Shown: piece after piece, positions 27,490 to 43,139 of the stretch | Position numbering within the stretch: the first letter of the stretch is position 1 | Layout: each line of letters opens with the position of its first letter | Assembly: GCA_002269645.1 (NCBI GenBank) | Contig: NIVC01000738.1 | Span: forward strand, 248,001 to 312,000 | Source of the DNA: Macrostomum lignano | Lineage: Eukaryota | Reading direction: 5' to 3' | DNA: 64,000 nucleotides | Notes under the pieces: generated by a model | Told to the model about the DNA's origin: nothing | The model's input: the letters and a program-made list of their open reading frames with translations, nothing else | Databases searched by the model: none | Translations under genes and position numbers: made by a program

Positions 27490-29320
27490 AGTTGCTAAAT
27501 CCCAGTGAGAAATCCCACATTGAGTCAAGCTAGCAGTGGCCAAATCCCAGTGAGAAATCCCACATTGAGTCAAGCTAGCAGTGGCCAAATCCCAGTGAGA
27601 AATCCCACATTGAGTCAAGCTAGCAGTGGCCAAATCCCAGTGAGAAATCCCACATTGAGTCAAGCTAGCAGTGGCCAAATCCCAGTGAGAAATCCCACAT
27701 TGAGTCAAGCTAGCAGTGGCCAAATCCCAGTGAGAAATCCCACATTGAGTCAAGCTAGCAGTTCTCAAATCCCAGTTAGAAATCCCACATTGAGTCAAGC
27801 TAGCAGTGGCCAAATCCCAGTGAGAAATCCCACATTGAGTCAAGCTAGCAGTGGCCAAATCCCAGTGAGAAATCCCACATTGAGTCAAGCTAGCAGTTCT
27901 CAAATCCCAGTTAGAAATCCCACATTGAGTCAAGCTAGCAGTTCTCAAATCCCAGTGAGAAATCCCACATTGAGTCAAGCTAGCAGTGGCCAAATCCCAG
28001 TTAGAAATCCCACATTGAGTCAAGCTAGCAGTGGCCAAATCCCAGTTAGAAATCCCACATTGAGTCAAGCTAGCAGTTCTCAAATCCCAGTTAGAATCCC
28101 ACATTGAGTCAAGCTAGCAGTGGCCAAATCCCAGTTAGAAATCCCACATTGAGTCAAGCTAGCAGTGGCCAAATCCCAGTGAGAAATCCCACATTGAGTC
28201 AAGCTAGCAGTTCTCAAATCCCAGTTAGAAATCCCACATTGAGTCAAGCTAGCAGTGGCCAAATCCCAGTGAGAAATCCCACATTGAGTCAAGCTAGCAG
28301 TGGCCAAATCCCAGTTAGAAATCCCACATTGAGTCAAGCTAGCAGTTCTCAAATCCCAGTGAGAAATCCCACATTGAGTCAAGCTAGCAGTGGCCAAATC
28401 CCAGTTAGAAATCCCACATTGAGTCAAGCTAGCAGTGGCCAAATCCCAGTTAGAAATCCCACATTGAGTCAAGCTAGCAGTGGCCAAATCCCAGTGAGAA
28501 ATCCCACATTGAGTCAAGCTAGCAGTTCTCAAATCCCAGTTAGAAATCCCACATTGAGTCAAGCTAGCAGTGGCCAAATCCCAGTTAGAAATCCCACATT
28601 GAGTCAAGCTAGCAGTGGCCAAATCCCAGTGAGAAATCCCACATTGAGTCAAGCTAGCAGTTCTCAAATCCCAGTTAGAAATCCCACATTGAGTCAAGCT
28701 AGCAGTGGCCAAATCCCAGTGAGAAATCCCACATTGAGTCAAGCTAGCAGTGGCCAAATCCCAGTTAGAAATCCCACATTGAGTCAAGCTAGCAGTTCTC
28801 AAATCCCAGTTAGAAATCCCACATTGAGTCAAGCTAGCAGTGGCCAAATCCCAGTGAGAAATCCCACATTGAGTCAAGCTAGCAGTGGCCAAATCCCAGT
28901 TAGAAATCCCACATTGAGTCAAGCTAGCAGTGGCCAAATCCCAGTGAGAAATCCCACATTGAGTCAAGCTAGCAGTGGCCAAATCCCAGTTAGAAATCCC
29001 ACATTGAGTCAAGCTAGCAGTGGCCAAATCCCAGTGAGAAATCCCACATTGAGTCAAGCTAGCAGTGGCCAAATCCCAGTGAGAAATCCCACATTGAGTC
29101 AAGCTAGCAGTGGCCAAATCCCAGTGAGAAATCCCACATTGAGTCAAGCTAGCAGTTCTCAAATCCCAGTTAGAAATCCCACATTGAGTCAAGCTAGCAG
29201 TGGCCAAATCCCAGTGAGAAATCCCACATTGAGTCAAGCTAGCAGTGGCCAAATCCCAGTGAGAAATCCCACATTGAGTCGGTTAGCAGTAGCCAAATCC
29301 CAGTGAGAAATCCCACATTG
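27490..29320. repeat. 45-bp minisatellite, about 40 highly homogeneous copies
   Basis: Unit CAAATCCCAGTGAGAAATCCCACATTGAGTCAAGCTAGCAGTGGC. Confidence 0.97.
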
Positions 29321-30097
29321 ACTTCCTTGCCACCAGTTTGGAGGCACTTAAGAGCAACTTTGCACGCAAGACTTCGCATTGAGTTCTGAGTAACTGACCC
29401 ACATGCAGTTGGTCCGCAAGCGCATCGCCAATCGAAGGCATTTGCTTCACGCACCGCGTAAAAGTCGCTGGCGCTGAGATCGAAGATCGCCAGCCGCAGT
29501 CAGGTGACAAGCAGTAGGAAAGTGCAAAGTATAGGCCAGAGCAATAATTTGTTACTAAAGTAGAGAAAGCCCATCTTCCACCAGATTTGCGCTACTCGCT
29601 ACTAACAGTAAAGTAAAAAGAGAGTAGATGAAGCAGGCTTCTTATGTTTTTAATGCGAGATGTCAAACAAATGTTCGAAATTTCTGTAAAGCCGACCAAT
29701 TGAAAACGAAACGCGAGTGTATTTGGATAGCGGAGACTTCGGCGGAAACAGAGCCACAGAGCCACTGGACTCTGAACTACAGTCGCATGTTGAAAGCGAC
29801 AGGCAGATAAATTAAATGGTTTAAATGTTTATTAATGAAGCTTAAATGTTTTATTTAGTTAGCATGGGGTTATCCTTATATCTTCATTTTTCTGTCAGTG
29901 TCTTTCAAGTGCTTGACAATGACCGCTGCTGTGTTAAACTGAAGGAGTGCTTGCTAACATATCTGGGATTATTGTGCCGGTTGGCCTGATAAATAAGTCT
30001 GTAAATAAGTTTTTTATGAAAAGTTTAAAAAGGCACCATTAAAAATAAATCAGCCAGTGAAAAAAATGTTTGCAGTCATCTCACAGCTTGACTCGAA

Positions 30098-30889
30098 TCA
30101 CGGATATCCGGGTGGCCGATTAGGCTGGTGAGCGCCAGGGGCACCTCCGTATGGTACTCCGGCCCCAGGATTTCCATATGGAGCACCGCTCGCGGGATTT
30201 CCGTAAGGATTTCCGCCAGGGGGATTCCCGTACGGAGCTCTGCCTGGGGGATTGCCGTACGGAGCTCCACCTTGAGGATTCCCGTATGGAGCTCCGCCTT
30301 GGGGATTCCCATAAGGGGGATTTCCGTATGGAGCACCACCTGGGGAATTCCCATATGGAGCTCCGCCTCCGGGATTCCCGAATGGAGCTCCGCCTCCGGG
30401 ATTCCCGAATGGAGCTCCGCCTCCGGGATTCCCAAATGGAGCTCCGCCTCCGGGATTCCCAAATGGAGCTCCGCCTCCGGGATTCCCGTATGGATTTCCG
30501 CCAGGGTTGCCATATGGAGGGTAACCCCCGGGTGGACCACCATAGGGTGCACCGCCACTTGGGTGGTAGCCAGAGTAGGGCGAGCCCCCTGCATGTGGAG
30601 GGCCGAATGGGCCGCCAGGTGGAGCACCGCCGCCAGGTGGGTAGGCACTCCCAGGGTAGCCGTAGCCTGCGTTGTGGCCTGCCTTGGCCTTGCCATGCGG
30701 CACAGAGCCACCATGTGGCATTGATCCACCGTGCTTCTGTGCCTTCTTCATCTCTTTCTCTTGTTTCTTCTGCAGCTTCTTGGCCTGCTTGACGGGATCG
30801 TTTGAATAGGAGTCATTGCTGCTGCTGCTGCTGCTGCGCTTGTGCTCTTTGTGCTTCTTCTCCTTCTTGTCCTTCTTGTCCTTGGGCAT
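30098..30889 (-). CDS. 263-aa low-complexity protein: Lys-rich N-terminus, poly-Ser, Gly/Pro/Tyr-rich GNPGGGAP(F/Y) repeats
   Basis: Open frame with synonymous variation between repeats. A pyrimidine tract and AG acceptor lie 10 nt upstream of the ATG; AATAAA is on the minus strand near 29830. Confidence 0.8.
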   Translation of the reverse strand: MPKDKKDKKEKKHKEHKRSSSSSSNDSYSNDPVKQAKKLQKKQEKEMKKAQKHGGSMPHGGSVPHGKAKAGHNAGYGYPGSAYPPGGGAPPGGPFGPPHAGGSPYSGYHPSGGAPYGGPPGGYPPYGNPGGNPYGNPGGGAPFGNPGGGAPFGNPGGGAPFGNPGGGAPFGNPGGGAPYGNSPGGAPYGNPPYGNPQGGAPYGNPQGGAPYGNPPGRAPYGNPPGGNPYGNPASGAPYGNPGAGVPYGGAPGAHQPNRPPGYP

Positions 30890-31411
30890 ACTGGGTGCGC
30901 TAAAAATAAAAATGGAAATTGAGCAGTCAACTAATTGCCATCAAGATTAATATTCACATTTAATCTAACATTAAGTGCAATCAATTAGGACAATTTCACA
31001 CTTCAGATTTAATACTTTTTATAGTCTTCAAAAGGATGAAAGTTGAAGAAATATTAGAGCTTTGTGGCTTAAAATTAAAAGTAAAGAAGACTTTTATAGG
31101 TAATGTTAAAACTATATAGGCTTTTATACTAAGATAATAATTCAGAACTTTTTTGTAAAAGAATTGCTTGCTAAAAGTGCCTTAAAAGTAAAAGTTGTTT
31201 AATCTAAAAATAAATTCCCATTTCAATATGAATGAATCAAATTAGTGAATTAGACCTCATAGAGTGAGTAAAAATGCCAATACAAACATTAATGCTTTAA
31301 TAGCCAGTACATTTTGTCAAAACTAGCATTTTCAAGGCTTACTTCTCTACTAGCTAACAATCTTTGTATTTAAACCAAAAAAATATATAATGAATGTTAG
31401 AGACAAGTTGG

Positions 31412-31773
31412 GGGGGGGGCGTAGCTCAGCAGTAGCGTAGCTGCTCTGGTGTGCCAGTGACCCAGGCTCGATTCCAAGTGCAGTCACATTAATTTGGGGC
31501 TGAATTGGAATCTCAGCTTGGCTCTGCTTGTGCAATTAATGGCCTTGAGAGCCAACCCCCCAAGGTGCAGTGAAGTGTACATGTCTAACGATAATATAAA
31601 GTTAGGGCCGCTGTACACTCCTGTGTGAGTGTGTGCCTGCGTACATATCCGCACGCTTGTATGCCTACTCAGGGGAGTCGGCGGAATGGGCAGTAATGCC
31701 TCTCGCCGGTTGTGTGCCTATGTTGCTTAAAGTGCGCCAGGGTGCACACAACCCCCTTGCCTCTAAAAAAAAA
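31412..31773 (+). mobile_element. tRNA-derived SINE, about 360 bp
   Basis: Head GGGGGCGTAGCTCAG with A box (31422-31432) and B-box-like GGCTCGATTCC (31465-31475), A9 tail. 14-bp TSD TAGAGACAAGTTGG at 31398-31411 and 31774-31787. Confidence 0.85.
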
Positions 31774-33681
31774 TAGAGACAAGTTGGTTTTAGTCAAGTC
31801 TAGATGCATAATAAAGTATATTAGGATAAAAGAACACTGGCTGCAATCAGTGGCACAACTAGGGGGAAGCTGACCAAGCAAATTTTTGCCAAAAACAGAG
31901 CCACCCCTTGGGCCTTTACCTTTTAGAATCTGCCTCCCTTTCAACAAATGTCTGGTTGTACTACTAGTGACAAAACTCTGCTATCAATGAACAGTCACTT
32001 ACTTGGATGCAAAGCCTGTTATGAGGTGGAGCCAATGAAATTGTTTAAAGTTTAGATGGGTACAAGGTTTATCAAAAGCTCAAGATTCTTGAAGCTATAT
32101 ATTAATTTGCGAAAACCATGGTTCAATATGCAATACAAGCAGCTTTCCTCTAGCTAGCAAAGGAAAAAGCATGAGTTTAAAGTACTTTGAGCAATGTTTT
32201 CCTATTTTGTGTGTCAGTTTAAAACTTTATTGCATATTGCATCTGGACTTGACTGAAACCAACTTGCCTTTAAAATGTATTGTATATATTTTCTATTTTT
32301 ATATAAATTAAGGATTGTTTGCTAGTTGAGAAATAAGCCCTGAAGATATCAGTTTTGATAAAATGTGTTGGCTATTAAAACATTTAATATTTCAATAGAC
32401 CTTATAGCTTTATCATTAGACTTGAGGAAGCCCTAGGCCTACTGCTTGTTGCTATCATTATCAATATATTATAATATAATAGTTAGGATTAAAAACTTCA
32501 ATTTTAATATAACTTATTACAGTGAAGCTTTTAAAAATAATTATATTAATTTTTTCATTAAATAAATAATAGATATCCACATATTTTAAATTAAAAATTG
32601 CCATAGTCCATTAATGAAATATTTATCCATTATCAATTTTCTTTAATTTTTTACTCACAATCCTGTGGAGTAGACATAGGCCCGCCAATGCACTAGGCCT
32701 ACTTTTTTCTTGATATTAAAAAGGTCTAGCTGGCTGCTAGAAACTATCTGGGTAAAGCTATCATGGGAGGGAAACCGAAAGCTCGTTCTGACAAAGTCAG
32801 GGACGAAGTCACGAACGAAGTGAAACGTGTGAAAGAAGGTTAGCCTAATATATTCATAACAGCCCGCATGATAAATTGTGAGTCCTACACAAACTAGAGC
32901 GAAATTTTGATACACCATGTATTCGATATGATCAGGGCCGTTGATTCAGAAAAAAAGAGCGTTTTACAACAGTATTTTAACTTGATGCTCTGATCGTGTA
33001 TTATAAAAATTTGCTGCTGTTATAAATTGAAAATAGATAGTATACACAACAGTATCTTAAAGGAATGCTAGTAAAAATAATTTTATTTGTAAAAAAGCTA
33101 AAAGATTCTTAAAACTCTTATTAAATCTTAGGTTTTATCCGACAGTTGCAAATTACCTAGTTACTGTGTTAAAATGTGTTGTACGCTTCGTCATAGTTTT
33201 TCGACTTCCAATTTGTAGATAGCAATTATTGTCACGTTTCATCATCTTATTTTATAGACAAAATAGTTGCTGAATACAAACGTACCACAGTATCTTTTCT
33301 CATCCTAAGATCGCACTACTTTCAAAACAAGTGCAATTGTGCTAAGTCCACTTTTTAGTTTAATCAAGTTTGTTCTTAGCCTAGTACTTTTTGCACTATC
33401 CAAGAACTCTCAACTCTGGTGGACAAGCTCTATTATATAGTAATATAGACATACTATATAGGCCTAGATAGGAATTATAATACTCATAAGTTTTAGTGCA
33501 GTGCTTACTTAGAGACTACTGTTGTTGACTGTAACTCTGTAAAGTTTTTAGGAGAATTTTAATTACCTTAGAATGGCTTAGATTAGATATTCATTCCTTC
33601 TTTTAACTCTTCAATATTTGGAATTAAGGTTCTGTGTAAATAATTTTAGACGCTGAAAATTTTTACAATATTATGTATAGA

Positions 33682-35972
<2,291 letters not shown>

Positions 35973-38900
35973 GTGAGAATGTTGCAAACTTGATTGCTTG
36001 CGGCCGCAACACCATCCTGTGCCTAGAACTATCATATGCAGAGAGACAGTGGGGGTTTTATCAAAAAGAACGATCTTTTATGCATATACAATTCAACATT
36101 TCCACTTTTTCTATCTACCCCTATCTCAACGCGCGCAGATGTTGTGAATATTGTACTTATGGATTTGACTATTTACTATTTTGATCCTCAACATATTTCT
36201 CAGAGTAAAGAATAAATATTTTTTTGCGAGTACGTAAATGGAAATTTTTAGAATGTCCTTAAAATTGCCGTTCATGTACTGCTGTACTTTGCCTTACTGC
36301 AAATTTCCTGTTGCACGCCTGACATGCAGACCTGTTTATTTTACTTAATAGTTATTTAGCGTCGTCGAAATTTTATAATTTTATTTAATAGTTTTCGCAG
36401 ACTTTGAGTTTACTGTATGTTTGCAATGTACTTTACATGTAGTTTTATTGTCATGCTCACATCAAGAGCAACTTCCTACTCAATTACTGTTGTCTGTCTA
36501 CTATAGCTCAAGTCACCTTAAATGGCTTAGCCATAGCCTTACACATTTACAATTTCAATTGCTTAGATCATTACGTTTTTCAAGCAGATTACGTGTAGTT
36601 AATATTTTTCTAATATAAAATGCTTATCGCGATATTTCTGCACGAAATGACTGTCAGAAGTAATGACTATCATGCAGACGCAGTGTACATAAACTTTGAT
36701 TGCCTTTATCAATTTTGATGGGGATCTAGGATTGTGCTGCATGCACCTATCGTTCTGGATTTGTGTCAGCTGTGCATTGCACATTTTTTTGTTAGTGGGA
36801 AAAAGAAGTTACGAGTATACTGCATGTTTTTTTCTTTTGAGAAATTAAACAATTTACAGTACAGATGTATCAGTATGAGCTTACTTGTACGTTGGTATAC
36901 TTCTAAGATTTAAAAAATCAGAGCTATGGATTGAACCAGAATCCGTGCATCATTATCGAGATATCCACGCACTCTATTTATATATCGAGTTATAGACGCA
37001 TATAATTACTCAAAAGCTAACAGCTAACAATAGACTGCGCCTTATAATATGACCTTGTGAGCGTAAAGTTGCACAAGTCTTTCTCTCGCCTACGCATACA
37101 TACACGCACATGTACGCACTTATAATAGTTTAAAATATTATGTAATTTGCATTTCTAGGTTTTATAGTTTATGCCAGCAAGCCTTGGATTATAAATCAGA
37201 AGATATTTTATATATCTTTGTTTTAAAATTCAAAACGAATTCAATAATATTTTAAAGTTACAAAATTACGAAACTAAGCGTTTTCCTAGAATGCAGTGGC
37301 CTTGATATGGACCCGGCGATATGCCGATATGTTGTTCAGAAAAGCTATTTTTGCAATATAAACTCTTAAAAACCCTTAAACCTATCAAAACATCTAATGA
37401 GAAGCATCCACTCAATAAATAGGGCAAGGCAATGCTGCCTCTGCTATGATGGTGACATGGGCCTAACTAGGGAATGCAATCCCGGGATTTTGGTTAGGCC
37501 TAAATACTTGCATTCTAAATTCCAGGATCACAGTTGTCTGGGATTTGAAAATTCTGGGATTATCCATTAGCCAGGATAGAATCTTTGCATGGCGATTTAG
37601 GATTAAAGTTGCGCGCCATTTTTTGCACAAGTTTTTTGTTTGGTCGCTTTTTTCTGGGGTAGGCCTATATACAGACTGTTCCGAACTATTGGGCTAGGCA
37701 AGATCTATCAAACAAGGAAGAACTAAAAACTAAGGAGGGAACAACTTAATAAGGCCACTGATGAAGCTGATATTCTTCTTTAATAGTATCAGAAAAAGAA
37801 GGCTACTTTAACTGCTGTTGCTGAAAGGAAAATTGAATAAAGATGCTGAGAAAATACAATAGCTATTGCAAAGGCTGCTTGCTAGTGACTGAGACTTGTT
37901 CATTGTTGTGATTTGCAGCATCTTTGAACTTCCACTTTTGATGGCCATATGACCCAATAGACAAAATTTTGAATTTCACTTAAGCCTACCTGAATATATA
38001 TGTCTAGGCCTATTTATACCTGTTTAGGCCTACCTATGGCTATGCTTTTGACTAAATAGAAATCACCATTACCCATACATAGATCATATATTCTTTAAAT
38101 AGGCCACTCTGTGTACTTAACCATACCTATAGACCTAGTATATTTCTAAAATTAAAATTTAGTGACCATTATTTACTTTTAATTTGAGCAATTAGTGCAT
38201 ATATTTTTGTGCCATGTTTGTCTTAAATAATGTTTGAATAGTAAGTAGCCTATCTAAAGAATATATAATCTATGCCCTTACCTCTTTAGAAATTGGCTAT
38301 AAGCCTCATTAGGAATCACACTTTCATTAGCATCTTATATTAGCAAATATTGGCTTGCAAATTTTATTAAAGTTATCAATTGAAATAATAAATATATTAA
38401 TTAAAAATATATATAATTACACATATATAGCTGATGCAAAAACATTTATAACTAAAAAAACATACTTTTAGGATATCTTTTTAGATTTTTGCAACAAAAA
38501 GCTTATTTTTTTTACCAAATCACTATGGTCAGGAAGGTTCGCCAAATGCGCCGCAACAAATCCTTTATAATTTTTTTAACTGTGCACCATGTGCCAAAAT
38601 ATTTATGTATTCACGTATATAATTTTATGTTTTTTAATTTTTCGCTTTTAGTTTAAAAAAAGCAATGATTGTTGTAATATTTTTTAGGTACACATATAAT
38701 GTTACCATAATTTAAAAAAACTTTTTTGCCATTTTATATTTTAAAAAGCAAGTTTATCATTTTGTTTCATTTTTTACATGTGAACTAAGAAGTTAATACA
38801 GTATAGACTACACTAGGTAAGATGCTTTGTGCATTATATGTGCACACACGATGCACAAATCACAATAAATTTTCTTCTGCACCATGTGCGCCATGTGCAC

Positions 38901-40619
38901 CAAAAAATCCTCTGTGCGCCACAATTTTGCATGAAATCTACCACCTTCCTTACTGTGGCCAAATCATAATATAATAGAAATATAGCCCTTTTATTATTAT
39001 TTTAGGCCTATTAGTAGGGGGTCCAGTGAGATTGAAATTTTTTTTAATCCAAAGTTTTTACCATACCATGTAGCCCTGGGTGTTATGAGTAAAAGGACAC
39101 CAAACTTTTGACAATTGATCAAGTAATAAAAAAGTTATGAAGTTTTTTGTTTTAAAAATGGTGCTTTTTCCCTATCTCAAAAACACTGAAAACTGTGCCA
39201 TTTTTGGACAAAAAAGCATGTTGTTTGCAATAAAATGTCTGTAACTTTTTTATTTCATAATAAATTTTTGTGTTTGAGGTGTTATTTTATAGATTTTTGT
39301 TTCCACAATATTTAATGATATTTTTGTACATATATTACTATTCTTCTATTTCTCTAAATATCTAGGGATTAGGACAAGAGATAAAAAAAAATTGCAGGAG
39401 TATCATTCTTTGGCTTTGCCATAGTATACTTTCCATTTACCTTATTTTTATTGCTTTCATATCAAAGTAATACTTGTATACAATAATTAGTAAGATTCTT
39501 GACTTCCTACTGTAAGTAGTATGCAAATGATTGACCATTATTTCCATGAAAATGGGTCTTCCAAAGTACCATTCTAGATGTCAATGCTGTTTATAAATCT
39601 ATGTAGCTTACGTCAATCTTAACCTGTTGAAAATGATAATGTGACAAGAGTCACTAAAAAGTTATTGCAAACAACTCTAATTCTTGATGAAAAAAGTTGT
39701 CCAAGAATTGTTTTGTTGACTTCTACTAACTCAGTAGGCTAGTTAGAGTGTAATTAGAGTTCAATAGGATTGAGTTCAATTAACTTTCCATTCAAAAGTT
39801 ATGGCCATTTTAAATTTTACATGTAAATATAAAATACCTAAGTTATCTACAACCCAATGCACTTATGCACTTATTTACCAAAAAATGAATTCTCCTGGCC
39901 CCATATTTTCAAGCAAATTTGGCACAGTTTTGAAAATTTATGCAATGTTTGACAATATGTATCTTTGTAATCCACCTATACTAAATCTCTAAGATCTTTT
40001 CTATATACTAAAAATGTGATGTTTATATGTATATATAAATATGTGATAGATTAGAGAAAAAATGGCTTAACCGATTTTCATGAGACTTGCACTGTTCAAT
40101 CAGAAATTTTCCTGTGACAGTACATGTGTTCTGGCTAAGAAACTGGTCAATGCAAAAGGGATTAAATATTTGAAAAACATGCTTTTTTGCAAAGGTCAAA
40201 CAAACTTTTTGACTTGAAATGCATTGCAAGAATGTTAGAGAAAAAACTGACTGGTTGAATTCTGATTCTAAAATAGATTGCATCATAACTGAATTTGTAA
40301 CTCCGTCTTGAATTGCATCACAGTATTGAAAATGCAGTGTGGAAGCGTAGCACCAAACTTGATTTAGATTGCGTAACCATATTGTTAACTGAAACTGACT
40401 GACTGAGAAATTGATTATGTTATAACTGCCTTGTGTGATTTACTCTATGCTTGGAGTTTGAAACTGTTGAATTATATATAAGTTCGTAAATTCATGTTAT
40501 CAAAAATGATGAGAGCTAGCCTAGAGATGAACAGACTGAACTGCCAAATGCAGGGACAATGGTTCAAATTTTTAGAGAGGAGTTTTTTTAATAAAAGCTT
40601 TTTAATGCCAAGAGAAGTA

Positions 40620-40990
40620 CAAAAACATAGAAGCATCATGTAAAAAATCATAGAAGTGTCATGTAAACAATCATAAAAGTGTCCTGTTAAAATCATAGAA
40701 GTGTCATGAAAAAATCATAGAAGCGTCATGTAAAAAATCATAGAAGCATCATGTAAACAATCATAGAAGTGTCATGTAAACAATCATAGAAGCATCATAT
40801 AAAAACATCATAGAAGCATCATGTAAAAAATCATAGAAGCGTCATGTAAAAAATCATAGAAGTGTCATGTAAACAATCATAGAAGCGTCATGTAAACAAT
40901 CATAGAAGCATCATAAAAATCAAAGAAGCGTCATGTAATCAATCATAGAAGCTTCATGTAAAAAATCATAGAAGCGTCATGTAAAAATCA
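40620..40990. repeat. 23-bp AT-rich minisatellite
   Basis: Unit ATCATAGAAGTGTCATGTAAA(C/A)A. Confidence 0.9.
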
Positions 40991-41776
40991 TCAAAAAATG
41001 CTGGGGAGAATTACTAAGATGTCAAGGCTCATAGAGAATAACTAAGATTACAGAGAGGGGTTTCTAAGATGTCAAAGCAAAAGTCAGAAGCTACTTCAAA
41101 GTTCATTTACTTTACTCAATTTTTTTATTACATTCTTTGTTGGCTCGCTATGGGGGGCACTGATAGAAGAAGAGTCATGTAAAAAATAAAATTAGCTGTA
41201 TACATAAAATAAAAGTCATGTCAAAGCTAAAATATTCATTTGGGAATTGCTACGATGTCAAAGCTTAGAGGGAATCATTATAGTGCTATGATTCTTAAAG
41301 AAGGAATCACTAAAATGCCAAAGCTTAGGGGAAAAGAATTGCTGAGATTTCAAGGCTTTAGGTTGGGTTAAAGTTAGGTTTAGGTCAGGTGTGAGTTGAG
41401 GGTTATATTTTATTGGGTTTCAAGGTTAACAGGGGATTTTTTAGATTTCAAGGTTTATGGGGGCATCGCTGACATGTCAAGGCTTACAGGGGGAATAGCT
41501 GAGATGTCAAGGTTCATTAGGGTATAAATGAGATTTCAAGGCTAAAGTCAGAAGCTACATGTAGTTTATTGAAAACTTTTTATTACATTATTTGTTGGCT
41601 CCTCAGGGGAGGGATCACTGATAGAAAAGCATAATGTAGAAAATAAAAGAAGCTTTATATCAAAGTTAAGAGATTCATTTAGGAATCCCTACAATGTCGA
41701 GGCTTGTAGGGAATTGCTATAATGCTGTAGTAGTGCTATAATGACTCTTAGAGAGAATTAATGAAATTTCAATGCT

Positions 41777-42320
41777 TTAGGGTTAGGTTAGGGTTAGGGT
41801 TAGGGTTAGGGTTAGGCTAGGGTTAGTGTTAGGTTGACAGATTTTTTAGATTTCAAGGCTTATTGGGGGCATTGCTGAGATGTCAAGGGGGGAAGTTGAT
41901 ATGTTAAAGCTTGTAGGGGGGAATTACTGACATGTCAAGGCTTACAAGGGACTTCTGAGGTATATTGCAAAGAGATGCTACATGTAGTTTATTACAAAAC
42001 TTTTTCTGCATTTTTGGCTTCCCAACGCTAAGATACTAAGCTAAAAAATACTACTAGCACTTCACAAACTTATGCAGATGTCAGGCTATAGGGTTAGTGT
42101 TAGGGTTGGTATTAGGGTTTAGGTTTAAGGTTAGGTTCAGGGTTATTGCATTAAGATTCGGGTTAGGGTTAGGGTTAGGGTAGCTTATAACTTAGCTCAT
42201 GTAGCTTATTAAAAATGTTTATCATGGAAGTGTTATGTAAAAATCATGGAAGCGTCATGCAAAAACTCATGGACAAAATATTAAATTTAGGGTTAAGGTT
42301 AGGGTTAGGGTTAGGGTTAG
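41777..42320 (+). repeat. Interstitial telomere-like (TTAGGG)n tracts
   Basis: Tracts at about 41777-41833, 42088-42180 and 42286-42320, plus a degenerate one at about 41357-41405. Confidence 0.9.
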
Positions 42321-43139
42321 AAGTTTGACAGGAGATTTTTTAAGATTTCAAGGCTACATGTAGCTTATTAAAAAAACGTGTATTGCATTTCTTTGGCTCC
42401 CCAACAGGGGGCGTAGATTGCTAGTTGTATATACTAAACACGTAAACTATATGTCATTTGAAAGATCTGTTTGTCTACTTCTCAATGAATATAAGAATGT
42501 TGCCATATCTGAAATATTTAAAAAGTTATAGCCATCTAAAAAAGACCACTTTTTCACATTTTTTTGTTTTTGCACATGCTTAAAATAGGCTCACTAGACA
42601 CCCTACTATTAGAATACATTCTGAAAATATATAGATATATAAATATCAAAGTTCCAAAAAAAGCTGCCAAGGCACTAACCAAGGTAGAGCTTTGTCAAAG
42701 GATTATAAGCAGACCAAAAGATAAATCTAGGCTAATATATTGACTAGGGGAATTCCAATGAATGAAAGTTTTCTGCATGCCAAAAAGTGGATATGATATT
42801 AAATATTATTTGCTAAAGGCTGTGCCATGGCTATACCAAGTGGCCACACATTATGCCAAAGTGTCATAATGCCAAATGAATGTCCTATAGTCACATTCTA
42901 TATCTTGAATAATTTTAAACATCTAAAAATAACTTAGATAGTTGTTATATTTATAATTTTTATGCATTGTTTTATATGCTAGTGTGTTTAAATATACTTA
43001 AAAGTATAGCAATTTGCAATTTTTGGAAAAAGAAAGCTGTGATCAGATCCTATATTTAAACAGTTCAACAGAATGGAAGTTCCTTACAACTTGCAGCAGT
43101 TTTCCTTTTGCTAAGCAAGCTGCAAGCCAAAAACTACCC

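Larger units (their letters stand above)
39013..42607. mobile_element. Probable non-autonomous DNA transposon (about 3.6 kb) with 18-bp imperfect TIRs
   Basis: Left end AGTAGGGGGTCCAGTGAG; right end reverse-complements to AGTAGGGTGTCTAGTGAG (16/18). Both ends are flanked by ATT (39010-39012, 42608-42610). No coding capacity. Confidence 0.55.

Noticed and set aside
31848-31966. hAT-like MITE beginning CAGTGGCACAACTAG
   Set aside because: Only about 11/15 inverted match and no target-site duplication
32762-32837. Exon-like MGGKPKARSDKVRDEVTNEVKRVKE with a GT donor
   Set aside because: Its phase-1 end would create a stop if spliced to the acceptor at 33681, and no compatible partner exon was found
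37445-37570. TAGGGAATGCAATCCCGGGA transposon-end-like motif
   Set aside because: No matching inverted end found in the window
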